Assembly: GCA_026770705.1 (NCBI GenBank)
Contig: JANJGN010000026.1
Span: 40,238,001 to 40,302,000, forward strand
Length of the DNA stretch: 64,000 bases
DNA from: Isurus oxyrinchus
Lineage: Eukaryota
Reading direction: 5' to 3'
The translations under genes were made by a program, and so were the position numbers. Below are positions 11,601 to 22,510 of this stretch, piece after piece. Every line of letters starts with the position of its first letter. The first letter of the stretch is position 1. Under the pieces are notes generated by a model. That model was not told where the DNA came from and searched no databases. It was given only the letters and a program-made list of their open reading frames with translations.

Positions 11601-12480
11601 CTCTCTCTTTCTCTCTCTCTCTTGTTTATCTCAATGTCTCTCCTTCATTTGTATCTTTCTTCCTTCATTTTCTTTCTCTCTGTCTCTCAATGTGCTCGTC
11701 CCTCAGTCTCTCACTTACAAACACGTTTGAAGAACAAGTGCTTAGCTGCCCAGGCGTTGCCCTAGCCCTTCGTGATTATTTGATTCATTGAAAATATCCA
11801 AGTGTTGTTTTTGCATTAAATTCCCTGGGGACTCTTCAGGATTAGATGTCTGTTACTGTTGCAGAAAAGGAGATTAGTCAAATGGGCGCAGCAACAACAC
11901 AAGACATGTACATTCCTGGCCATAACAGGCCTCTAAATCTCTCTATTTTATATCAGGACATTCGTTTCCAAAACCAAATGCGGTTTCTACTCATTTTCCA
12001 GGCTCCAATTACATTCATCATAAATCGGAGCATCAAACCAGTTGATGTGCTCAGTCCCCATCAGACACAATATTTGCCTATCCTTGTATAAAAGTATACT
12101 GTGGATGCTCTAACATAAAATTTTAAAAGTGATTTAAGACACGGCAGGTCTGGAAGCATCTGTGGAAAGGGAAACAGATTAAAGCTTTGATTCGAATTTA
12201 ACTCTTCTTTGGAACTCCGAGTTGGCCCAACAGCCTTTCCTGAGCTATAGGAGATAGTTGTATCTTTTACTGAAAAGGAAAAATGTGAAACCTGGCTCCA
12301 GAGGGCATGTCAGTGCGAAAAATATACCAGCGTTCGATTGTTCCCTTGCTCTTGTTGACGATGTGAAATATGTTTATCAAAAAAATATATTTGATTGTAA
12401 ATCTCAATGACCCCAAATTAAACCAATTCTCCAGCAATATTCCTGATCCAGCGAGTGCAGAAACCAGCAAAACACAATGA

Positions 12481-12896
12481 ATGGAATTACAGCTTCTGGT
12501 TTTGATTTTAGGTCAGGATTTTGTGGAGAATACTTTTTGCCATTAGAACATGTTTCTTATCTTCTGTATCAGAAGTTATCAACGGAGAGACTGTGATCAA
12601 CCAGTCACAGCGGATCTTTACAGAAGAGGGACAATCGATTGAATTGCAGTAAAATGCAATCACCAGGGCCCCTGAGAGTATTCACTGGTACAGAATACGA
12701 CAGAATCGTGGCCTGTAATTTATCAGGTCAGCTGTTAGCAGATGCACCACAGGCAGATTCTTCAACATATTCATTTACCCAACAAGAAGTTATTACATTC
12801 CCGGTAGGGACAGCACCGTGGACCCAGAAGCTGGGGTGTATTACTGTGCATTGAGGCACTGAGAGATAAAACAACCATTCCGAGCTGACAACCTCC
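12481..12896 (+). pseudogene. TRAV-type pseudogene (family G)
   Basis: Leader MELQLLVLIL|gtcagg. V reads VINGETVINQSQRIFTEEGQSIELQ*...IHWYRIRQNRGL*...EAGVYYCALR. RSS CACTGAG-24-ACAACCTCC. Confidence 0.8.
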
Positions 12897-13175
12897 ACAA
12901 CGGCCACTGCTCTCCTCAGTGTGCTGACTCCTTTGTGAACTACAGGCCCACAGACGCCATCCATTCTGCAGGGACAGGGTTAATAGGATCAGCTGAAGCC
13001 TGTTACTGTTTCACTGCTATCGTTTTCTCTTCATGTTGTTAACCATCAGCTCTTGATGGTTGGGTTGGGAATGATAAACCAAATTAAACTCATCACCGCG
13101 ATGTTGCTGCAGGTCTGAGCTGGCAACAGTGTTTGGTTCAATCACTTCAGTTGCAAACGGAGATCAATGAACAAG

Positions 13176-13288
13176 TACAGCAGCGGAGGAGTCCATCAAT
13201 ACACCATACAGCAGAGGAGGAGTCGAACAATATACCATAAAGCAGAGGAGGAGTCCAACAACGCACCATACAGCAGAGGCCGAGTCAT
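13176..13288 (+). repeat. About 31-bp minisatellite, roughly 3.5 copies
   Basis: caatacaccatacagcagaggaggagtc repeated with variants. Confidence 0.85.
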
Positions 13289-13974
13289 TTTGCCCCATTG
13301 TGCTTGAGTTTACTCTTCGCATGGGCTATCCAATTAATCCCACGTCTCCGCTCTTTCCCCAAACCTCCAAAAATTGCTCCTTTACATGTTTGAAACATTA
13401 TTCAGTTATTTCATTTAGAAAAAGAATGAAAGAAACATATTCTGAAATAGAGGCATTCATTTCAAATACACGTTGTTTTATTATAATTGTTACGATGAAC
13501 AATCGAGATATTGTAATGTAAAGGTATGGTAAAAATATTTCACTGAGCAGATCCCCACAGTTTCTCTGATCTCATCTGCAGCTTGCACTCTCCCATTCTG
13601 CTCAAGCCTGTCAGTCAGGCCGCCCCCATTTCATTCATATGATAAGTGGAATTGGTCGAAGTGACCATGTCGCTTTAGTCAAAGCCTTCAGAGCGCACTG
13701 GTCCTCTATACCCACCTTTATATTAGGTGGTGTTTGTCTAATTCAACACGGCATTTTATTCAAATTCTTCTGGGTACACTGGTCCTCTATACCAACATTT
13801 CTATTAGCTGTGGGTAGCTGCACTGATCAGCTCTTTTAATGGGAGGCTCCGGCACTGCTACCAGCACAATATGGACTATTTCCCTTCACTCCATCCACCT
13901 CAGAGACTGAAACAGTTGGAGGGACAACATTGTGTTGAATTTCTGTCCAGTTCCCTGTTCCATTCATTGCTGGC

Positions 13975-14110
13975 CGCTCGGATGTCATAAATTGGAGGAT
14001 AAAGGAGCTCTCAGCTGATTGGACGAATAACAGAATAAAGGATTTGATTGGTCCACCTGCTGACTCTGACAGGAATGAACCAATCGGCAGAGACACCGGA
14101 TGTTGCTCAA
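13975..14110 (+). promoter_or_regulatory. Family-B V promoter with a CCAAT-box cluster
   Basis: gctgattgg, tgattgg and ccaatc within 100 bp. The same block precedes the B leaders at 21032, 30309, 50086 and (-) 60600. Confidence 0.7.
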
Positions 14111-14178
14111 CGTTAACCCAACTCTTCACGAAAACAATTTCAGGTTCTATTCAAATCCGGCTTCAACTGTCTGCAAGC

Positions 14179-14690
14179 ATGTCGGTTATTACTTTTTATT
14201 CGTTCCTCACAACTGCAGCTCTCGTAACTGGTAAGCTTACAGCTGCAAAATCTCCTTGCAGGCAATGTGTTCTATGTTCACTATGTTTTGTCTCTGTTTC
14301 TAATGTGCCCCGTCACCTGATGATATTAAGTATATTAAAATGATGATAAAAGCTTAACGTTCTGTATTTCTAAATTTCTACAGGTGTTAATGGTGCAGTG
14401 TCGGTATCACAGGAGCCGCTTATAGCGAAACATTGCGAAGGACATTCGGTGACCATTAATTATAGCTACTCGGGCACTGATAGCTCATATTCCTTACAAC
14501 TGTACCGTCAGGACCAGGATAAAGCCCCCAAATTCTTGATCTACATCCCTAACTACGGGGATGTTGTCAGAGCAGAGGGCATAGGGATTCGATTTTCTGC
14601 ATCGATCGACACTTCGAAAAGTGAGGGGAATTTCACCATCCGTGACTTGCTGCTGTCTGACAGCGCGGTGTATTACTGCGGGCTGAGATA
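14179..14690 (+). CDS. TRAV: Intact non-canonical TCR alpha/delta-type V gene (family B, copy 1): leader 14179-14230, V exon 14384-14690; Tyr at C23, Leu at W41
   Basis: MSVITFYSFLTTAALVT|gtaagc...ctacag|GVNGAVSVSQEPLIAKHCEGHSVTINYSYSGTDSSYSLQLYRQDQDKAPKFLIYIPNYGDVVRAEGIGIRFSASIDTSKSEGNFTIRDLLLSDSAVYYCGLR. Open frame, canonical splice sites, near-consensus RSS. Confidence 0.9.
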
Positions 14691-14729
14691 CACAGTGACA
14701 GGAACCAGAGGGAGCCCCGTACAAAAACA
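14691..14729 (+). other. 23-RSS of V B1
   Basis: CACAGTG, 23-nt spacer, ACAAAAACA. Confidence 0.95.
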
Positions 14730-15189
14730 CTGCCGCAATGTGATAAGGTGAATAGAATAGGCGGCATACTGTGGAGAAACCAGAACTTCATTAAATTATC
14801 AGTATATCGAGCTGATTTCATATAAGTAACAAGCCGAGAGTAGCACATGCAGCATTGGAGAAGGCCTGCTCTGTTCCATTTACATCCAATATATTCTGAA
14901 CATAATGCAAAAATGTGTTTAGAGATTTCGTAAAATTTTGAAAATTAAAGGTCTTAGGGCAGAAATGCTCAGCAAAGTATTTGACAGTGTGTTCTGGCCG
15001 TTACAGGAGATACACACAATAAGAAAATGCAGCAGCAGGTATGTAACACTGCGGGTCGCTCAGGAAAAGAAGAACAGGCTTTGCATTTACATAAAGTCCT
15101 GCGCCCTGTGTTCAGATTTGCCGAAGTGCTTCCAGCAAAATTCCGAATGCATTCTTTTTCAATTTGGCTTGTGCGTTCTGTCGTTTTAC

Positions 15190-15457
15190 AGACCAACCGG
15201 TGACAATTCTGCTCCACATTGATACACGGCAGAGACACGAGCCCCAGCGATATTTAAAGGAAGTGTTTTGTTGTCTTGGTCCAATTCAGCGGAAAACCGG
15301 TCAGGGAAATCTGGAGAAACAATCCCTTCCCCTAGTTATAACCCTTCAGTAAATACCTAGGAACTTCCCCGCGATACTGGATGTACCAAAAGAGCGTTGA
15401 TATAGTGTATTTTGTTGCGTAACTGCAGTTCAGTATTATTGTCTGCCCTTCGTAAGT
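15190..15457 (-). pseudogene. Decayed family-A V relic, tail-to-tail with V B1
   Basis: Minus strand reads EGQTIILNCSY...FWYIQYRGEVPRYLLK...PDFPDRFSAELDQDNKTLPLNIAG, with indels. Confidence 0.8.
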
Positions 15458-15722
15458 CCGCAATATATATCCAGCACTTTAGAGATGTTGCTGTTGACAT
15501 GTTCCTCATGTCCTTTTTAAAAGTATATTGGGGCATCCTGTGTTGATGTGAATTTACATGCTGCCTCCTGCAATATTTAATTACTGAGATGCTTTCTATT
15601 CTCTGGCCTGAATGCTCCAATGCCCCTTGTAATAGGTAGGTTGTGATTGATGTTCCCCACGTTGGGTGGAATGCTCATAATCTGAAAGTGTGTTAACTAA
15701 TATTTTCTATGCTATTTTCCAG

Positions 15723-16056
15723 GCAAAATCCATCGGAGCTGGGTAACGCAGCGTCAACATGAGTTGAAGTTATCTGAGGGAGATAATCCGCAATTGAACT
15801 GTAATTACAGTTCCAGTTCTGATGATCCGGATCGCTCTGGTACCGGCTGTACCCGAACCAGACATCCCAGTTTATATTGTTCCATGATATTGCACGGATT
15901 GCGAGTTTGCGAAAGGGAAATTCGATGCTTGTCATCATGCTCATTAACATTTTATCCATTTGTCAATTTCTACAGCGAAGGCGAAAGGCAACACATTCTA
16001 TTTCTGCAGATTGAGAGTCTGGGAGCTTCAACGCCGCTCCAGTCCGTGCAAAAACA
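15723..16056 (+). pseudogene. V pseudogene (family I)
   Basis: ttttccag|...WVTQRQHELKLSEGDNPQLNCNYSSSSDDPD, frameshift, LWYRLYPNQTSQFIL...FYFCRLR. Nonamer GCAAAAACA present, heptamer lost. Confidence 0.8.
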
Positions 16057-16089
16057 TCATCAAACTGCAGGCAAACAGTTAAGCAAAGG

Positions 16090-16253
16090 TAAAAGCAAAA
16101 TACTGCGGATGCTGGAAATCTGAAACAAAAACAAGAACACCTGGAAAAACTCAGCAGGTCTGACAGCACCTGCGGAAACAAATACAGTTGATGTTTCGAG
16201 TCGGTCCGAAACGTCAACTCTATTCCTCTCCGCAGATGCTGTCAGACCTACTG
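16090..16253. mobile_element. Short hairpin-forming Penelope-derived insertion with 13-bp target duplication
   Basis: Arms actcagcaggtctgacagcacctgcgga and tccgcagatgctgtcagacctactgagt. AGTTAAGCAAAGG at 16077-16089 and 16254-16266. Confidence 0.85.
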
Positions 16254-16379
16254 AGTTAAGCAAAGGCATCTGCCACAGTGAAAAATAAAATCTTTCATTG
16301 GGAAAATGATGAAAAAACATATGTTTCCATGTTCTGCCACAATGGCGTCAAGTATCATGGACATCAGTTACGCGAAATG

Positions 16380-17000
16380 AGTAGAGAAACTGAATTGTTT
16401 TCCTCGGAACAGTGGAGATTAAGTGGAATACTAATTGGGGGACCAAATTTATGAAAGGATTTCAAAACGTAGATGAGGAAAAATTATTCCTGCACGCAGC
16501 AGGAACGCCGATGGGAGGATACTGATTCAAGGTAATTGACAGAAAAATCCAGGGGTAATTTATGATTATTTTCAAAGTGAGTTGCGATGATCTTGAAAGC
16601 ACTGCCTGAAAGGCGGTGGGAGCAGATACAATAATAAGTAATTGATTCATATTTGAAAAAGGTAAACTGCAGGCCTAGGGGGAAAGGCCATGTAGTTGGT
16701 CTTATTGGATAGCTATTGCAGACTGGAAAGCACGGGAACGTTTGGCCGAATGACCTCCTCCTGTGCTGTATTATCCAGCAATTCTATGTATCACACCCAA
16801 TGCTAATCCCGGCACAAGCTGGAGTTCCTTGTGTTGGCTCTTGGCTAAATTCCCGAAACTATCTCCAGAATAGCACTGGAGGAAAACCTTCATGATGCAT
16901 GTTCTGGCAGTTCAAGGTGAAGCTTCAGCACAATATTCTTATGTGAAATTAGGGATGGATAATACATGCTGGCCTTGCCATAATTGCCCATAACAAGAAA
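16380..17000 (+). mobile_element. Decayed CR1 3' fragment followed by a second LINE tail fragment
   Basis: Similar to 5313-5600 (ggccgaatgacctcctcctgtgctgta) and to the 7790-7870 tail. Confidence 0.65.
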
Positions 17001-17983
17001 ATAGGTACAATAAAACTAAGAACATAGGGCTGGGATGAAAGCAGCTCGCCTTCGCCTTTAAGACCATTTGCTTCATTAACCTGCTCAGCCTCTCTCCTTC
17101 CATCGTCTCTTTACCCACATTCGGCACAGCTGGGCTTTTGACTAGCTTTTTTCAGAGAAAGCAAACAGAAGCTACACTATGGCAATTATACCGATTGGGG
17201 AGATAAGACATGATGAAATATGTGAGTTCAACCAAGTTCCTCTTGCTGTTTGTAACATGAGCATCGGTTTCCAACTATAGATTATGAAGGAAATGTAATA
17301 TGGCAGCATTAACATAGATATTTTCAGTTATTACTATTTTTCTTTGTCATTTCTTGATCGTTGTGGTATGAGCAATGGAGACGAGATGTTGTAAGGCAGT
17401 CATAACACAAAAACGTTACAGAGGATAAAAATCCTGATACATTAGAAAATGTAACGAAATACAATGAACATCTGAAAGTGACCAACAGGTCAATGCGTTC
17501 CTGAGTGATCTGAATGGTCAAGAGTTTTTAGTATTCTACATTTGATCTGCTGTTTTATTCAATAGTTTTCAGTTCTCTTGTTACCATTGATGGCCCTGAA
17601 CACTGAAGTCAGGTTCACAGTGATAAATAATTGGCATGTTAGTTTCTCAGCTGCTCTCTTCGTAACGTTATCAGGGAAATATGAAGGATGTTAAAGGAAA
17701 GGGCTTCTTACTTTATTTATGATTCACTTGATTTATGATTTTCCCAGACCTAAAATCTCTGCATATTACACTCGTTATTTTGCACTTTCTATAGATTCCT
17801 AAAATTCTGTTCTCGTCATGTTCTATTACTGCACTTTTTAGCTTTCTGTTTTTCTCTCACTCATTCTGGCTTTTTCTGCGTTTATGTTTCCAACTCTGCT
17901 CATTTCTCACCCCCTTGTAAATCTTGAGATACTGGAAACGCTGATCCTCCGATAACAACAAAGCGGCTCTCCCAGAAGGCGCA

Positions 17984-18331
17984 GGTTTCTGTACATATGC
18001 TCGTTGTACTGTGGTTTACAGCGCACAAATAAGTGGCCGTTTCTGTAACCCGGGCCCCTCACAGTCAGGACACTGAGCTTGTTGTCTACAACGATTGATC
18101 GCGTTGATTGGCTCCTCTTGTTGCCATCACCAGATGCTGGGGCAGCTGATTTGGGGATTGTCTTTACCAACGCACAATGTCAAATGCAATAGTGATGGTG
18201 CAGTTCATAAACATGATTCCCATTTCACTAACAATCACCCGCCCAGGGGGTTGCATCACCTCATCTTCACATGTCACATCCGTGCAGATCAGGGTGGAAA
18301 ACAGCAAACAGGCTCTGTAAATCCGGAGCAT
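17984..18331 (-). pseudogene. Intronless leader+V pseudogene (family K) with shortened RSS
   Basis: ATG at 18331 reads MLRIYRACLLFSTLICTDVTC-EDEVMQPPGRVIVSEMGIMFMNCTITIAFDIVRW*RQSPNQLPQHLV..., frameshifts, VTETATYLCAVN. RSS CACAGTA-14-ACAGAAACC. Confidence 0.82.
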
Positions 18332-19367
18332 TATCAGAGCACATGAAACACCAGCTGGACCAATTGTCCATTGACTTCGGAGTTAGAGCCGAGAGATGAA
18401 TATTATATTCAGAAGAATTAACAAGGAGCAAAACACCAGCTTCAGGTCCTATTCAGAGGGAATCTTCTGTTGAATTAACTAAAGAGACCGGGTCTTGGGA
18501 TTGACTCGCCCATATTCAATATTTCACACTGACTCCGGCTAACGTATTCTGTGAGTTCATACCGGGCCGCACACATTCAATATTTCTCAAAGATTCACAC
18601 TGCTGTCTGATGGTGTGCATTGGTAACTGCATGGTACAATCATTCAAATCAATTACCGCCAATCTGCATTTCACAGGAGAATTGTAAATGAGAACAGCTA
18701 TTCCCTTCGTCCTTGTATAGCACCCCTATCTGGAGAGGCCCTGTACCTCGCTTTCAATTGCAGCATTCAACGATCCCAGTGTATCTTCCTCCCTCATTCT
18801 AGTTGAATCTTTATTCCACAGTGTGATCACTTTCAATGTGACAACAGGAATCTCTCTTGACATGCGTCTCAAAAGCTCATTTTATAGTTTAAACTCGTGT
18901 GCTGCCCCACATGGATGCAGTGCAAAATTTTCTGTTGGATATTTGCAACACACCAACATTGGCAACTCATAAAAGTATATTTCGCTAAAACAAATGCAAG
19001 TTGGCCACCAGCGTTAAATTAATGCCTCTATTTCGTCATTTGTTCGTTTAATCACATTTTTTCAATGAAGTTACTGGACAATTGTGAGTCTGGAATTGCC
19101 CTGTCACTGAAAACAACATGGTATCTCACTACCTTCTGGCGGCGGCGACATTGCACTACAGGGTGCTTCTTCACAACACTTGTTCGCCTTCGGAACTCAG
19201 GAGTGAGTTCAACAACTTCCGGTTCGAAACTCTACTGCATTTATACTTATTCATCTTTCTAGTTTAGATGGCACCTGGTGGTGAGGAATCTGATTTTCAT
19301 AAGTTTACTTCATCCAGGCAAAGCTACCCGTCTGTTTTATCTTTTCCTGTTGTAGCGTCTTTATCAG

Positions 19368-19686
19368 GTCTGAGTCACGGAGGTTCTGTAATGCAGCCGC
19401 TGTCCTCAGGAGTAAGGAAAGGATAACCGGCGAACTTAAAACGCACCGATAATAATACATGGAGAGGCAACTGATATCAGCCAGAAACTGAAACACAGCC
19501 AGTGCTTAATCTGATAAAATATCCAAACGACTCTGAAGATAAAGCGCATTTTGCTGAAATCTGGTTTACACTGTACACTTGCCAACTTGACAAAATTCAG
19601 CATCTTCAGCTGAACAAAGCTGTAGTTTATTATTGCTCCCTTAGACTCACAATGTTGGAAACCAGTTAAACCCTCATACAGCTACT
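19368..19686 (+). pseudogene. TRAV/DV-type pseudogene (family D)
   Basis: GLSHGGSVMQPLSSGVRKG*...EDKAHFAEIWF...AVVYYCSLR. RSS CACAATG (19648-19654), 23-nt spacer, ACAGCTACT. Confidence 0.8.
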
Positions 19687-20084
19687 CCCGCCAATTTGTA
19701 AATCAGGAACTTTGCCTGCTGATGTAACTTCTAGCGGAGACTAGATGTGAACGCCATCAAAAAACAATTACATAGAAAATCTGCCAGGTTCCGCTGTTCA
19801 TTACCCTGAGCCACCCACTTTCTCTGAACTGAGTTTGAGAAGATTGTTAAGTAAGGGCCACCAGAGGGCAGTAATAGCGTGGATTATGAAAAAGGCAGCA
19901 CCTGTGGAAATATTAACAGATTTAACGTTGCAGGTAAAGTACCTTCCTTATACCTAAACATATTCAGGTAATCGGCACGGACCAATCGACAGAGTCCAGG
20001 GTGCACTTGGATGATGGGTTGGCTGTTTGTTTGGCTGACGGGATTCGTTGAAGGCTGAAACCTCTTTTTTTTTGTTTCATGTGG

Positions 20085-20380
20085 TTGAGCGTCGCTGGCA
20101 AGAACAGCATTTCTTGCACATCAATTAATTTCCCTTCAGTAAGTGCTGGCGAGCCGCCCTCTTGAATCGCTATGGTTCATTTGTTGTTGTGATGGGATGT
20201 TGTGTTAGTGATGTTAGGGGGGAGTTCCGGTATAATGACCCAGTGACAATGAAAGAACGGCGATATAATTCCACGTCAGGATGGTATGTGGCTGGGAGGA
20301 GAAATTGCAGGAGCTGATATTCTCTTTGTTTAGGTGGAAAATATTGAGGGTTTGAGACATACTGTCGAAGTTACCTTGAC
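20085..20380 (-). mobile_element. LINE 3' fragment
   Basis: Reverse homology to 7600-7870. Confidence 0.7.
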
Positions 20381-21031
20381 GAGTTCATTGAATCACAAAA
20401 ATTTAAGTGCGAGCAATAATTTCCAGTGGAATCCAATGGTTGCCCTAGTTAACTAATGAATTTCTGCAAACATGGTAATTGCTAAAATAGGCAAGCTGTA
20501 AATATTTCTAATGATCAATTCAGCCATGACTACTGAGCGCATGAGGTGTTTGTACACCCTGGATCCGTTAAACAGTCAATCACTCCTCTTCCATCGTTGA
20601 ATTCATTTCAAATGTGGTATTTTTCTATTTGCCGCTTTGTTGTATTCAAATTCCTCAGGAGCCAGTGGCCGCCTGTATCATAGTCTTCATAGTCAGACAG
20701 CAGCAATTGGGGCTCCGGTTCTGAAAGTAGAACAACATTCACTGCTTTCCTTCTCTTCCTCCGCCTGACTGATTGAATCGTTATAGGGCCAACATTGGGT
20801 ATAAACCCTGCCTCATTCCCTGTTGTATGAATCGGAGATCAAAGGAGCTGTAGCTAATTGATTGAATTGAAAACAAAGGCGTTTTCAGCTGAATGGATGT
20901 AACCTGATGACGCTGTCAGCAATGATCCAATCAGCAGCGATGCGGATGACTCAACCTCTCACCAACTCTTGGTGAAAATAATTTCAGCTTCAGCCGATTC
21001 TAGTCATATCCACCGCGAGCTCTCTGCAAAC

Positions 21032-21083
21032 ATGTCGCCCGTTGCTTTGAACTTATTCTTCACAGCGGCAGCTCTTTTAGTTG
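21032..21083 (+). pseudogene. Orphan family-B leader exon
   Basis: MSPVALNLFFTAAALLV; donor mutated to ataggt; B-type CCAAT promoter upstream; no B-type V exon follows. Confidence 0.75.
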
Positions 21084-21596
21084 ATAGGTTCACAAATTGC
21101 GAAACTCTGCGTTTTACATCTCGTCCTACCATTACATTTAATTGGGTAGTTCAGTCTACACAGGGGGGTGGAGGGGGGGGGGGGCGTGGGGGGGGGGGGG
21201 GGTGGAATAGATTGATCCAAAATGTGAAAAATCGCCCCGATCCACCTCGTACCAACACGGAACACTGTCTTGGGAGAAGTTGGCGAAATTCCCGGAGTGA
21301 TTGAGAGCAGAGGAGTTGGGCTGGGATCCTCGACTCCACTTGTGCGTGAGAGACTTTGACAGATACAAGAGTTCGAACGAAACCCTCCGACTGTTCCCAG
21401 TTTTCCCTTCAAATCACCGGAGATGACGGTGAGGAACTGATCTCAATGTTCACTCAGGAACGTTTTATTGAATCGATCCAAGCACCTTCCCTTTACAGCA
21501 CCTGAGCTGCCATGATTTATTTCTCAGGTTCCGGGTGACAGGCCGATTTTGGGGCATAGACATCGTTTAATTGAATATCGCTCTTGGCTCTTATAG

Positions 21597-21919
21597 GACA
21601 TTGTGGAGGAGGCTCTGTTTCACAGACACCGGCTGCAGTCACAGTGAGTGAAGGAGACGATGTTCAGCTGCTCTGTAATTATACAGCTACAAGCAGTATC
21701 AATCCTTATCTATTCTGGTATCGTCAGTATCCCAGCGGATTCCTAGAGTATCTACTGAAGAGAAACAGATACATGGCTAACACAGAGAGATTCCCCGGAG
21801 ACCGTTTTTCAGCGGACCTCAATGAAAGTGTCTAAAACAGAATTGTCAGGCTCTGCGGTGTATCACTGCGCGCTGTACCCCACAGACACACAGAGCGGGG
21901 CTGAACCTATACAAAAACT
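21597..21919 (+). pseudogene. TRAV-type pseudogene (family J)
   Basis: ttatag|HCGGGSVSQTPAAVTVSEGDDVQLLCNYTATSSINPYLFWYRQYPSGFLEYLLKRNRYMANTERFPGDRFSADLNESV*, an FR3 deletion, then SAVYHCALY. RSS CACAGAC-23-ACAAAAACT. Confidence 0.92.
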
Positions 21920-22199
21920 GTCAGAACGACACTCAACATTACGGAGCAAGGCGCAAACATTGTGATCGAGGTGAGTCTGAACTACTTCCTTAAATCGTAG
22001 TGACATTTATACATTTATTTCTAATTTATAGTTTTATTCTTAATAATTTTATCATGAAAAAATCTTAATGCGGGCATATTAGCAAAAGATAATACAATAT
22101 TTATATGATTCTTTTCTTCATGTTCCAAAATGTTTCACAGTCACTGTTATAATATAATGTAGAGAAGGCAGCAGCCAATTCTTGCCCAGTAAAAGACTT

Positions 22200-22510
22200 C
22201 AATAAATGGCCGGCCTCTTTCAGTAATGATGACTGACCGGGGCAATTCGTCTCCTGTCCTCGAGAAAGTGGCTGTGCGATCTATGATGCTGAGAGGGCAA
22301 ACAGTGCCATCGATTGAACATCTCATTTGAAACCCGGTACCTCTGACTGCACCATTCCCTGAGGGCGGCACTGGGGTAACAGCATTGATCCTGGGGCTCA
22401 AGACCTTGGTGGGGGAGGAGGGAGGGTGTGGGTGGGGAATGGGAATGGAAGCCTGAAACTTTTGTTTCAGGGGCAATAATGATGAGAACAGAACTTCGCC
22501 TGAGAAGTAG
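22200..22510 (-). mobile_element. Old SINE-like fragment
   Basis: gccatc...gactgcaccattccctgagggcggcactgg-type core recurs at about 43800-44005. Confidence 0.45.

Noticed and set aside
13176-13288. CRISPR-like repeat array
   Set aside because: Eukaryotic context, no unique spacers and no cas genes; it is a minisatellite
14179-14690. NAR-TCR supporting V-delta, IgNAR or IgH-like V
   Set aside because: It has its own leader exon, lacks the IgH/NAR framework motifs, and has no adjacent D-J cassette
21162-21205. Poly-G/poly-C runs (also near 33095, 47670 and 49420) as functional G-quadruplex or switch-like elements
   Set aside because: Simple homopolymer expansions, not shared between paralogous cassettes
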